A stretch of 64,000 nt of DNA. It comes from Bigelowiella natans CCMP2755. Its lineage: Eukaryota > Protista > Cercozoa. A program made the position numbers and the translations under genes. Positions 27,843-39,375 of this stretch are shown here, one piece after another. How positions within the stretch are numbered: the first letter of the stretch is position 1; every line of letters begins with the position of its first letter. The notes below the pieces were generated by a model, which saw only the letters and a list, made by a program, of their open reading frames with translations, searched no databases and was not told the DNA's origin. The stretch is from NCBI GenBank assembly GCA_000320545.1, contig ADNK01002290.1, positions 62,001 through 126,000 on the forward strand. The letters run 5' to 3'.

Positions 27843-30496
27843 ATGTGCAATTGTTGTGTTTGCAGAAATCGGAAAAGGCAAAAAGTTGATTTTGCGCACG
27901 GAATGAAAAATGGAACACTGAAGTGTCATCACGAATTGAAGAAGCTTGAAAGCCCAACAATGAAAGAAGTCTTTGATTGCTTGACGACCAACACACCTGA
28001 CAGAGAAGACGGCATTTTTGCAAACAATTGTCATCGGAAACAATGCACCTGACCTGATTTGCATCACCTAGGTTCACAAGGAGGACGTCCATTTTCAATG
28101 CACATCCATTTCTTCGGTGCTGAAACTTGTCAAGTTCGCTGGCAAGCTAGGAAACATGATTTGAACAAACTGTTGGAGAACAAACTGACAAGGAGGGCTG
28201 TCAGATCTTTCGTGACAATCGCGATGCTGTGTTTGAGTTTGAGGTTTCAAAAGATGGATGACGTGTGGAATTCAATGAAATTGGCACTGAAGTTTGGAGG
28301 TTTGTCGACATCTGGATTGTCACTGCTCACCGGAGCTGGACTTGGCAGTTCGCGATCGAAAGCCCAACGTTTGCACCAAAAAATGGTTTCAGACGAAAAA
28401 GAACGTGTTGAATCGATGAAGCCCACCGTGGAATGGGCCGATGATTTCAACAGAAATTCAGCTGTGCAGCTTCCAAAATTCAACTCAGTGTGCAAAAGTT
28501 GTCAATGGACAGTTGTTGTAGCGAAGCATCATCCCAGCATCAAAGAACCTGTTCTTTGCATGGAACAAAATCAAATTGAAAGGAAATCAACAGTGCCAGA
28601 CATCAAACAATGCTCTTCACAAAACTCAAACTTCCACATTGACGTGTTGAACCATGATCATGATCGCGACCATCTTGCTGATTCACTCGTTGCAAAATGC
28701 AACGTGAGATCAGCACCGTCAAAATTGACGAAGAGTGGATTGGATGATGTGCATGCACCTGACAGTGATGAATGCAAGAAGCTCCACAATGCAATGATCA
28801 AAAAAGTTGACGGACCAAGGCATGTGACTCCGTTGAAATTGATGGGCTTCAACATCGGCAGCACTGAAGGGATGATGACTTGTTCAAAAGAATCATGATC
28901 ACAATCTGTCGAAAGAAGACATCCTGGAGCAATCAAGATCGCAGTTGTTGATTGTCAGATGTGTTGGCGCTTGATGAAGGTCATTTGAAAGTGAACAAGA
29001 AACAATGCAAGTGCTTTTTTTCCTGATTTGTTTTTCGCAGGTGCATTGGTCTTCAAAAACTGCCACAGAAAAATGTGGAAAGTGCATGTTTCCTGCTTTG
29101 GGCTGGTGGCATTCTTGCAAGCAAATGAATCTCACATTGTGGGCAAGATTCAAGTTTGCAAATGAGAAAGTTTTCAAAGGCTTGTTTCCAGTCGGAAACT
29201 TCTGCGACAAACCTGAATGTTCAGGTCAGATCGTTTGTGTGTTTTCATTGATGAGAGAAGCAGCAAGGAAAATGAAACAAGAACTTGATGGCCTTCATGC
29301 TGATCTCAGAGCTCACACGAACAAGTGCATTCACTGCTGCTCTGAACCAAGTGACACTGAATCTGAGATCAAATTGAGGGAGTTGCTCCATCTTTTGCGT
29401 CATTTCATGCCTGTGACTCAAGATCATGGACTTTCGATGAAGAACGACATGTTTGAGACTGCACGTGCTTTGCACACGAAAATGGTTCTGATGTTCGCAA
29501 ACTTTGAGCACAGAGAACGTGTGCGAAACACACTGTGTTTTGACATGGTCCTCAGAAGCATTGAGCAAGAAAATGGCCAGTTGTGGAAATTCATCAAGAC
29601 GTCCCCCAACTGGTTCAATGAAGAAAGCGGAGAAACACTGAACTCCATGTTGGCGACGAAAATGAATCGTGACCCCAAGCTAGCAAGAGGGGTGAAGTGA
29701 AAAGCATGAATGACAAACACATTGTCACAAAGAAAACAGAAAACGTGGGAAGTCACACGAAAGTGCGAAAAGGGTCTCGGTCTTGCACACTTGACAACAA
29801 GAAAAGATGATTTCGATGGTGATTGCAAGAACATTGACACCACCGTCAGTGTGTTGCGACAATTCATCAATGTGCATGCAAGCACATGGAATGAAGAAAA
29901 AAAAGACAACGTGAAAAGGACTGCAATGTGCTTCAAATGCCAAGCTGCAGAGAACATGGAAGACGACGAATGGGCAGTTTGCAAAGATCTTTCAATGAGA
30001 AAAGACAGAACATTGCACACGTTGAAATGTGATGAGAACCTGACTAGCTGACATTCAGAAGCATTGACGAAGCAGATGATGTTCATGAAAAAAAACACAG
30101 CCAATTTTTTGAAGGAAAAGAAGACGTCGTCGTTCATGAGGACCTCAACGGCAACTTTGTGTGACAACAACATGGGGAATGTCAACAATGATGTGGAACC
30201 GCTGGATGTTGAGGTTTCAAACCACAATGGCATGACAAACTTCAAAACCACACAATGGATTGACAAAAATGACAATGAGCGTGTTGTTTGAAGAGCCTTT
30301 TTTGCATTGCCAGGTGGAAGATGCAGAAGAAAAGGAGGATCACAAATTGGCAGAGCAACCTCGATGCCAAATGAGAATTCGCAATGACAGAACATTTTGT
30401 CCGAACGACTGGAACGAATTTGATGTCGAAGAAGAAACAGACGATGATCCCACAATTGATTCTTCAGAGGAATCAGAATCGAGTTTCGCACCATGA
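27843..30496 (+). pseudogene. Putative DDE (RNase H fold) transposase, with a 61-nt intron at 28980-29040 and in-frame stops; hypermutated
   Basis: Ordered motifs VEWADDFNR, AVVDCQMCWRLMK|VHW (back-mutated VVDYQIYWRLIKVYW), FPALGWWHSCKQ (LGWWHSYK), FNEESGETLNSML give candidate D, D, H, E residues. Lies between the TIRs. Confidence 0.65.
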
Positions 30497-31067
30497 GTTC
30501 CAAAGACATTGGTCGCCCATGCATTGCAGTTTTTCCGTTTTGTTCATGCAATGTGAATGGTCTTGCACATTCAAATTTTCAGCAAACAAGAAAAACTGTG
30601 GGCATTTTTTCCTGTTTTGTGTGAATGCCCTGGAATTAGTTTTTGGAGTGTGTCGATCCATCTTTGTCACTTTGCTCTGCGCGATCATGAAGGTTTCAAA
30701 ACCAACTGCATGAAGTTTTTGATCACTCAACAGTTCGGTTCTGTTCCCACATTCTGCCTCTGTGCAAGTTGTGATCTTTTCGGTCAGTTTGATTGCTGTC
30801 AATCTTGCTTGTGACAGTGTGTGTGTTTGGGCATTGCGTCTTGTGCAATGAGCTTCGCGGCCTGAGAGTTCGTGCTCGTGCCAAAATCATGCCAAATGCT
30901 CAGAGCTGGTGGTTGCGTTTGAATGCTGTTGTTGCACTCATTACTCTTGCCAATGCGTCGCGACGCTCAACTGCTGCTGTTCATGCGCACGATCAGGCCA
31001 GGCTTTCGGACACGTTGTTGCGTTGCGCTTTTGATGCTCGTGTTGAAAATGAGCTCGGATTTGAGCA

Positions 31068-31095
31068 TTTTCTTCATGCACTTGAGCTCACCAAG
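31068..31095 (-). repeat. Right terminal inverted repeat
   Basis: ...tgagctcaccaag at 31083-31095 is the reverse complement of 23702-23714. Confidence 0.8.
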
Positions 31096-31172
31096 ATGTG
31101 TTGCATCGTTCGCACATCGATCTAGCATGCACGCTACACGCTAGCACGGCGAGTTGCACTAGTACAGGTAAG

Positions 31173-31245
31173 TATGAGACAGATGTAATGAAATGTTCAA
31201 TTTTTTCCAATTGTCATCCTAATGTAGCTGTGCAATGCAGCGGCT
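31173..31245 (+). repeat. Dispersed repeat copy A, homologous to 46199-46272; begins a CTAG-rich stretch extending to ~31720
   Basis: gtcatcctaatgtagctgtgcaatgcagcggct versus gtcatcctcatgtagctgtgcaatgcagcagct (31/33 identical), with weaker upstream similarity. Confidence 0.75.
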
Positions 31246-31763
31246 ACAGCGCTTAAGTTGTACATGTTTGTTTCCTTTGTCACATGTTGCATGCTTGAAA
31301 ATGCATTGCAATTCTGCACATACCGGCTACACAACATGCATTACAACATGACTACTAGACTAGATAACTCTAGCCCACCATCAACATACACCTGCTAGCA
31401 AGGCTAGAAGCTAGGAAGGCACGCCTAGCTAGCTAGCTAGCCATGAACGTCTAACATCATGTGTTGGCCCACCACTTGGCTGTACATGCATCGCTAGCTA
31501 AATCGGACGTCTAGACGTGATGGAGTGCATATCAAGCAGCGCCGTGCTAGCATGGTATCGCGCATAATTCACATATTGTTAGACAGATTGATCATTAATG
31601 AATCCATGAGATGCAACGCGAGCAAGCTCATTTCATCGCAAATTTAGGTCCATCTAGCTAGCTAGTACCCATAGCTTTGCTTACGACTCAAAAAACAACG
31701 CACCAAGCTAGCAAGTAAAGAGATTTTCACAACGCAAATAAATATGCAGACGACTTCACACAA

Positions 31764-34067
31764 TCACCGGGGACTTACGTACATCCGTATGGAATCCCAA
31801 GGCGCAGAATAAGAAATTCGATACACCTGAGATTACAAGCAGTACATAGTTCATGAATTGCATGACTAAATGATAAAGTGGACGAAATCTTAGATGCCCA
31901 ACCTTAGAAGGATCCTTAACATTCTTTCTAATAAACTTCAGTATTTCGCTCGCAAAATTGAGGCATACGTTGCCATTCCATCCACCCTGCGGTATGATGT
32001 ACTTAATAGATAAAAGACACATGCAAGATGACAAAATATAATCTCTACCTTATCCCTAGCCATACGAGGGATCTTCAATGTTTCGAATGTTTCCACCTTC
32101 AGCACAGAGATTTGTATATGTATCTATGATGTCAAATATGATGATAATGTGCCGTTGTAAAAAGTTCAACACACCTCTTTAAGAATGTGGTCTTTTCGAA
32201 ACCCGCATTTTATCAAAGGTACCTAATAAATTTGCATCGTTTCAGCTTTTCACGAAATAGGAGTGAATTCCATCAGAAACTACCCCAACCAAATAGCTCT
32301 GTATCCAGAACTTTAGCAGTTTGTACTTCTAAGTAAATATGTCAATCGTCGTTTGGTTTAACAAATAATGTGAATTGCTCACACTTCACCACCCTTCTCA
32401 TCATAATCACCATCACCATCGACCCATTTGTTACCATCAACAATTTCAACACTAATCTGATTACTACCTGGAAAGAAATGCGCTGCCTTTCGCTCTCCTG
32501 TTAGAGGATAAGAATGAGGATGTGGTATCATCACATTCTAACTATTAGTAGTTATTATTCTGCAGAGACGTATAATTCTAATACTATTCTGACCTGATAG
32601 ACCGATGTCTTCAGCTCGATCCAAACATTCTCACCTGATAGACCGAAGTCTTCACTTCAATCCAAACATTCCCACAAGTGCTGCTATTATTACAACCATC
32701 GTCTCTGGTTGCCTCTTCACCTTCTTCTTCACGACGACGAGGGCCAATGCAATCAATCTCTGCCCCCAACAGCATCTCATGATCTGAAGTTAATATTTGT
32801 TATACGCATTAAATAATAATAAACTATGAACGAAGATCACGCGTGAGGAGATTAATAATAGCTCCTAGTTACTTACTTACCGCCAATTTTGGCCCTAACA
32901 ACCACGCAATGCTCACGATGTTTCTCCATTGAAGAACCGGCTTCATCGTCGTTTTGCTGTGTATCGGGGGGGTGCTTTGTACAAATCTCCTCAAATCTTC
33001 GGCCCATATACCTTTAGCATTAAGGGCTATTGTTACTGGAAAGAAGAAGAAAAATGGAGAAAGAGTTGATGTTGGCTCAGGTCGCCGACAACAATTATTT
33101 CTAGATAGAAGTATCCAAAACAACGAACGATCGGAGCAGTCATGCACACCAATGCGACATCTATGCATGCATGCATGCAAAATAGTAATCGTATCAAAGA
33201 AAACAAAAGGGTTATCACAAGTTTGAGAAGAGTCTTCTCGCAATATATGTCCATCGTAAAGCAATTTTAGTTGGATGATCGCGAAGTAGGATATTTGAAT
33301 TTCAACAGATGTAGTAGTAGTAGTAGTAGTAGTAGTAGTAATTGAAATAGTAAAAATACCGAAACTAACATTACATGAATCGGCGGCTTCTATCATCGAG
33401 CGGGTCAGGGGTTTTGACTACGTCCAACCTAATCCAACCTTCCTGTCAATATATGTATGTGTGTGTGTGTGTGTGTGTAATATATGCATGCATGCATGTG
33501 TGTGTGTGTGTTATATTCTCCTGTACTCAGAACTGTTGGGTATATATGTATATCCCACTCACCTCGGTTTTCGTCGCATGAATATGATACCTGAAAACCA
33601 ACACATATGCAAAAGAGGAAGTATATATTATGTCAAGGCAATTATTCCTCCACTAGTTGTATACTGTTTTGGTATTACTCATTCCGAAGATACGGTGTTG
33701 CTAGAATCTTGTTGAGATTGTTTCGGAATGATACAAATCTGAGAATCATTTACAACATTTGAGTTTGTGATAACAGCGATCACGTTGTGGATTAAATGTT
33801 AGGATCATTCTGCTTATTATTACCCTCGAAAAGTAGATAATAAGGACTTCGTGGTTGAGTTTTGTCTCAACGTATTTGTCACGAAATCGAGAGTAGAATC
33901 GTCTTCGGGCTCCTGCAAATAAATTCTTTGAATAACGGAAAATAGTAACATTATGATCATCACAAGCAGCACCTTATAGTCTTGATATTCGTCCAGAAGG
34001 GAGGTTCCTGTCTTCGGGTCTTTGTACACCGGAGGCATACCACCTTTCGTTAGGATGTGGTGTAGCG

Positions 34068-34102
<35 letters not shown>

Positions 34103-34799
34103 GGATGACTCAAATACTATATTGATGATAAAACTAGTAGACTGCTCGATCGCGTTCGCATGCGCTTTCAAAACCTAGTTTCCATGATTTCGAGTCTCCT
34201 TTAATACGTGTGAAGGAGGCAAGATACTTTGGACGAGAAACCTTGATGTTGTGCTCCAGATGTCTGATGAGTAGTTGTTCACAATGTAGTAGTGTAACCA
34301 TCATCATGTTAGACGACGAGGATTATACAAGGCATACCGTTGTTCATAGCGGCGAGGTACTTTGAGATGCGTAAGGAGTATTTCTCCAGGACGTGAATAT
34401 GGATCCCTAGACGACGAATCCGTGCTACCCCTTACACCCCTGAATATAAAAAAAAACCTTTTACAAACTGAGAGTAGTAGTAGTGTCTAATCTTTACTTA
34501 CCTCCGCAACACTGCTGTGTTTGTTCTGGAAGTTCCCGTTTCTGTTCTCGAGCGTTTTGACCTTGTACGGAAAGCGAACACATATGCTCCTATTTGAAAT
34601 ACTACTACGACACCCTTTCTACAAACCACCCACAGCAAACAACGATTAGAATGGTAAAAATATACACTCTAGGTTCCACTAAAGCTCTTATAACCAAGCA
34701 TTGGGGGCAGGCAAGCTGTTCATGGCTGCTTCATATGTGTGCAGACCCTGAAGAGTTGACTTCCAAATCAGACGACGGCCTCCCGCGCCTTCGATCCAT
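31764..34799 (-). CDS. DXO: DXO/Rai1-family decapping exoribonuclease, multi-exon; 3' end approximate
   Basis: Exonic motifs FVSFRNNLNKILATPY, GYMGRRFE, LLGAEIDC, WIEVKTS, KLLKFWIQSYL, VPLIKCGFR, WNGNVCLNF. Candidate ATG at 34799. Confidence 0.88.
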
Positions 34800-34924
34800 T
34801 GTCGCCAAAAAATAAGCGATTAAAAGCAGGTAGCGGAATGGAACCACCTTGTTCTTACTCGTTCGTTAGTGCGCGCTTTGCGAAGACAGCTCTGCTGTTG
34901 CTGGGAACGGTCTCAGTTACGTAC

Positions 34925-36330
34925 TACGTGCTGTTGGCAAGCAGTGGCAGGCAGTTGCAATGAACAAATTCAACCACAGAAGTCCATTTTTCATCGAAGA
35001 AACTTCGTAACTCAAGAGTCGAAATAAAAATCAACGTGATTGGCTGAAATTAAGAAAAGGGAGTTCAATGCTTGTACATTTACGAAGAAACTTCAAGATT
35101 CTCACTCCAACTTTTCTCCTGTTTGAGCTGCACGACTTGACTTTGCTCCAATGGGAGCATTTCTGTCTTTCTTTCTTTCTTGCAAAGCATGAGAGACGCA
35201 ACTCTGAACGTTGTGAAGCCAAGGAGAATGCGCACGTAGGGTTCCTTGATCTCATGAAAGCTCATCAAGGCACGGGAACCATCGTCATGGTGTGAGACGG
35301 GTTTCTTGCTTTGTTCCACGAAACATTCCACGAAACTTTCCACTTCTTTTGGCGTTGTGAGTGCACTTTGCTGAGAATGATGAGATCCAGTGCACCAGCT
35401 GACAGTGCTGTGCAGAAGTGTGTAAAACACAATCACATGTGTCTAGATGTGCACGCGCAGGCTAGCAGGTAGCTAGCTAGCTAGGTGGACACGCACAAGT
35501 GCACAACACACATCAGCCCAGTTGGTTCGCCGGTCTGTCAGGCTGGCAGGTTTCACGTGTCACACGGCACGGGTGCACAGCTCGTGGTTCGCGGTCACCA
35601 ACGAGTCTGAGCTAGCTAGCTAGCTGAGTGCATGCACCACACCTGCCATGCCAGCATTCATGCACATTGCTAGCATTGCCAAATTGGCACACCAACAGTC
35701 TAGCTAGCTAGCAGTCCATCCTGGCGCAGTGTCATGCAAAAGTGTGCACAACAATCGCGAAGCATGTGCCGCGGTTGGACACGCACAAGCGCACAATGTT
35801 GCGTGCGTGTGAAGCACGTGCACGACTACTGCGACAGGTGGCACTCGATCGTTGGTGACCGCAAACCGCACCATGCTAGCATGAGCTGTGCTCGCGCACA
35901 ACCTGCTGGATCTAGCAGTCTAGCAATGCTGCGAACTGGCCTCTGTGTGTCAACAACCCGGGCCAAAGCTGCGGCGCTGTTGCTGGCTCATTCATTGTAC
36001 ATGTTGATCATGTTGTGTCATGCACGCGACTGCATGATGGACATGTAATATCACAATAGACAAAGTATATATCATCTGAAATTACTGTGTCTACAATCTG
36101 CGAACGTTCGCACGCCCGTTCCTGCTACATCATGGTAGCTATAGCTAGCATGTGTGGTGTGCCTAGCTAGCTAGCCATGAACAGGAGCTCAATGATTCGG
36201 CGTGCGATGCACACTGTTTTTGCAATCTACCAATGCAAGTAAGATTGCCTAGCTTTGTTAGACAGTGTCCCTCCCAAGTCTAGAAAGTCCACCGCTAGAC
36301 AGGTAACAGGTACGTGCATGGTGTCGTGCA
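34925..36330. mobile_element. Degenerate repeat/TE remnant, TpA-depleted and rich in (CTAG)n
   Basis: TA is nearly absent in ~35080-36045 except in CTAG. Shares cattgccaaattgg (35674) with 42734, and gcctagctagctagccatgaac (~36160) with ~31423. Confidence 0.6.
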
Positions 36331-36510
36331 CAAATAGAAACTAATCGTTTTGTATTTGTGTAAATATGCATGGTGTATCTACCCAAATGGCACTCGAATG
36401 CCAAAACAAGATGGATATGTTCCCTACATTGTATTTATTTCTACTGGCACATTTAACATATTTTTTAAGTTTGGTTCTTAATAGTAAACGCACTTTGGCT
36501 TCTTCCGAAA

Positions 36511-38914
36511 CTAACCAAAGATAACCAGAACAATGGTGGTATTGTCCTTGCCAGCTCGAATCAACATCTGAGGGGTTCATTTAAATTATTTCTTACTAAT
36601 CGAATATTTATTTTTTCAATGATAATACCGCTTCCTCGATGATAGCTTTTACAGCATTCTCGCAATCCTACCGTGTATAAGATAGAGATTCAGAACGAGT
36701 CAGCTGATTAAGAACCTCAAGATAATTCCGTTTATACGCACCTGCTGACATATTTCTGGCGAAGGCACTTCATACTTAAATTTTGAGGCTTTTTGCGGAT
36801 CTGCTCGCTCTTTCTCCTCCGCTGTTCCTTGCCGTCCAGTTAAGGCTGAGCTCGAACGTTTACATTGCTCCATTTGCAGGAAAGAATGTATAAAATTTAC
36901 TGCCTGATGAACAAGTTCATCCATCAAGTAAACTTGCATGCAATGATAGGTACTAGTGAGAACAACCTCCTCCGGAGAAAACACATCCCAGAGTCCGTCA
37001 GAAGCCATGAGAAGAAACTGGTCCAATTTACTGAATGATGTTCACAATAAAGATGTTCACAGTAAAGACAAGGGTTAATTTGTGGTTGCTAATGATGATC
37101 TAACATATAGTCACAGATGCGATTCACCTTATTGTAAATTTCGTGAGAGCTGGTTGAGCGATTACTCCAAACTTCTTTGTCTAACGATCATTTTTGTAAT
37201 TATTTGTTGCCCGGCTGCGCTACTTCGCACTGACTACAGCTACTGCAGCTAAATATTCAAGATGTGCATACATGCATATTTATGAAGTAAAAATAACAAC
37301 CTTGTAGTCTCCGAAAGAACGTGAAACTCCCAGTTGGCCCATAACTCTACAGAGGTAAAGAAATCGGCAACGGTGATTAGTTGTCATAATATGAGCGCAC
37401 ACCTTGCTTAATACCTTCCTTCTGCGTCTACGTAGCCATAGTAACCCTCAATTCTCTTTCTTTCAGATAGAATCTGCAAATACCGCATGTTAAACGTCGG
37501 ACAAGTCACAAAGAACTCTTTGGTGAAGGTACCATTGGAGAGTGATCTGTTGTAAGACGAATAGCACGAATCTTTTCATTCTAAATGAAATTAATTTTGG
37601 GATGAAGATACATCAGTTTCGAAAATCACCATAGCACATGGGTCAATTTTACTTCACCTTCACTGAATGGCGGCGGCCTAGTACCGCTTTAGAGTCACCT
37701 TTACGAATAATTCAGTTCACGTTCAAATTGCACCAGCTTCTTGAAAATGTGTTTTTCTATCTCACCAACATTTGCCAGCCAACATTGAGCGTCATGGATT
37801 AGTGCAGTTGTTGCACACGATCCATCCTAAGCCAATAGTCAGATAGACTCATAAGTCAATTTTTTTATCTCAAAATAACAATCTTGAATGACCTTCGGAA
37901 TTGGAGGCTTCTCAGCGTATATTTGCATCATCAGCTCTTTATCCGTCTACGCAATATATGTTAGACCAAACATTTTCTAGCAGGGAGTGTTGCAAATGGA
38001 AAACGACTCACTTTCAGATATGCTTGTAGAAGAGATCTCTGAAGTTGCTCAATCTAATATGTGTGGATAATTTGGTATGCTTGAAATATTTACATCAACC
38101 AAAACTAAAATTCCATAGGGAAAAGACTCATTTTGTCTTTGTTCCCAGTATTTAAACTACCGGAGGCATATCAGTGTCTGAAAGATAGCGAGTGAGTTCG
38201 TTTCCCAGCTTCAGGTGAAGCGTATCTGCCTGTTAGAAGTGGAGAATACGAAGCGATATATGAATATGATCAAGTTTATTTCGTAGATCTAATGTACATC
38301 TTTTCACTCTGCTATTAAGTTCAAAATTTGGAAGTTGTACCAAATATCTTGAACAATAATCCCCAGCATGCCCATCATATATTCCAAAAAATGCACATCT
38401 GAGTTGCAATCAAATATCAGCTTTAGATAAATCCCGCGAGATGTAATCATTTTCCTAAAGAGATCGACATCATAAATTTTCACCTAGGTGGGTTCACATT
38501 TTGGTTTTTCGGTCTAACTCTGAAGTTCGGAACGATTAATCGTTGATCCTGCTGGTAAGGTTTTTTCCCCTGAAGTAATAATTATGAGCTTGTTGGTATC
38601 AACATACCAATTAGAGGAAAGAATGAACCTTATGCGACATTCCGTGTGCATAAAAAGGACGAATTTCGACTTTCGGCTTCTGGTCCTCTTCGTCCATTTT
38701 ATCTTCATCCTTCGGTTCCTGTTTCACCTTCGCTGTCGGAAGGTCCCCAAATACTGCATCTGCATGACCTGAGTTCAGGGGATGAGGACGTGAGCAAATG
38801 TTCATACTTTCGAATATGTATGCATTTACCCTCTGTTTTCACTCTTTTATCTGTGTGTTCCTCCTCATCTGAGCGAGCCCGTTTAGTGCCCGCTGTGCCT
38901 TGCTTGGCGTCCAT
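36511..38914 (-). CDS. Protein phosphatase 2C (PPM family), many short introns
   Basis: FFGIYDGHAG, LANVGDSKAVL, GQLGVSRSFGDYK, QFLLMASDGLWDVF, terminal GKDNTTIVLVIFG*. Confidence 0.92.
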
Positions 38915-39375
38915 TGTTGCGTGGAATAATCAAACGCCAAGTTGTGTTCTGGGCTATGCCTTAAATGGCCTACGCTCTCTTTAGGGTTATGGCTCTTTCC
39001 AGGTCGCTCAAGCAAATTTGGCGCTTATCATTAATCATTAAATACCCTTAGGATTTATAAATGCGACATGTAATTATTATTGTCGCAACTGTTTCCAGCG
39101 ACGGTTCTATTCGAGGTTGATGATTTTCGAACTTTTCTCTATTTTCCCGTACACTTTGATCTATCTGTGGCGTTACGACGTACACAGAATCGAAACGGTG
39201 TCCACTATCCAACAATCTCAACCGCGGTGTAGGGCACATAGCAGTAAACTCAGCCGCAGAATAGTGTAGCAAGCAAGGGTTGCTCGGGTGCGAATTGAAG
39301 AGGTTTGTGTTGGCAAATTACATGAACATTTCCCATTTCCCTCAAGAGTGGTGTTGAATGTGTTGTGCAGCGGCA

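Larger units (their letters stand above)
23702..31095. mobile_element. 7.4-kb cut-and-paste DNA transposon, degenerate and TpA-depleted
   Basis: Perfect 13-bp TIR core CTTGGTGAGCTCA (23702-23714 / 31083-31095), extending imperfectly to ~28 bp. Flanking 5-mers ATGCA (23697-23701) and ATGTG (31096-31100) are consistent with one 5-bp TSD. Internal transposase-like and cargo genes. TpA loss begins sharply at the left TIR. Confidence 0.85.

Noticed and set aside
23702-31095. Alternative genetic code or foreign contaminant contig
   Set aside because: TA is missing in all frames and in non-coding parts, the block is bounded by TIRs and a TSD-like pair, and the same signature recurs in other intergenic patches.
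23702-31095. Classical RIP or CpG-methylation decay as the cause of TG/CA excess
   Set aside because: RIP creates TpA rather than removing it. CpG remains common here, and CpG decay would not eliminate TA or Tyr codons. It might account for a few TGA stops.
30473-31125. Third gene at the right end of the transposon
   Set aside because: ORFs on both strands have no identifiable motif and are uninformative in stop-depleted DNA. It cannot be supported, though it is not excluded.
23784-31144. Dozens of overlapping 60-390 aa ORFs in all six frames, suggesting a compact viral or overlapping-gene region
   Set aside because: Artefact of TAA/TAG loss through TpA depletion. Only two spliced, degenerate genes show protein motifs.
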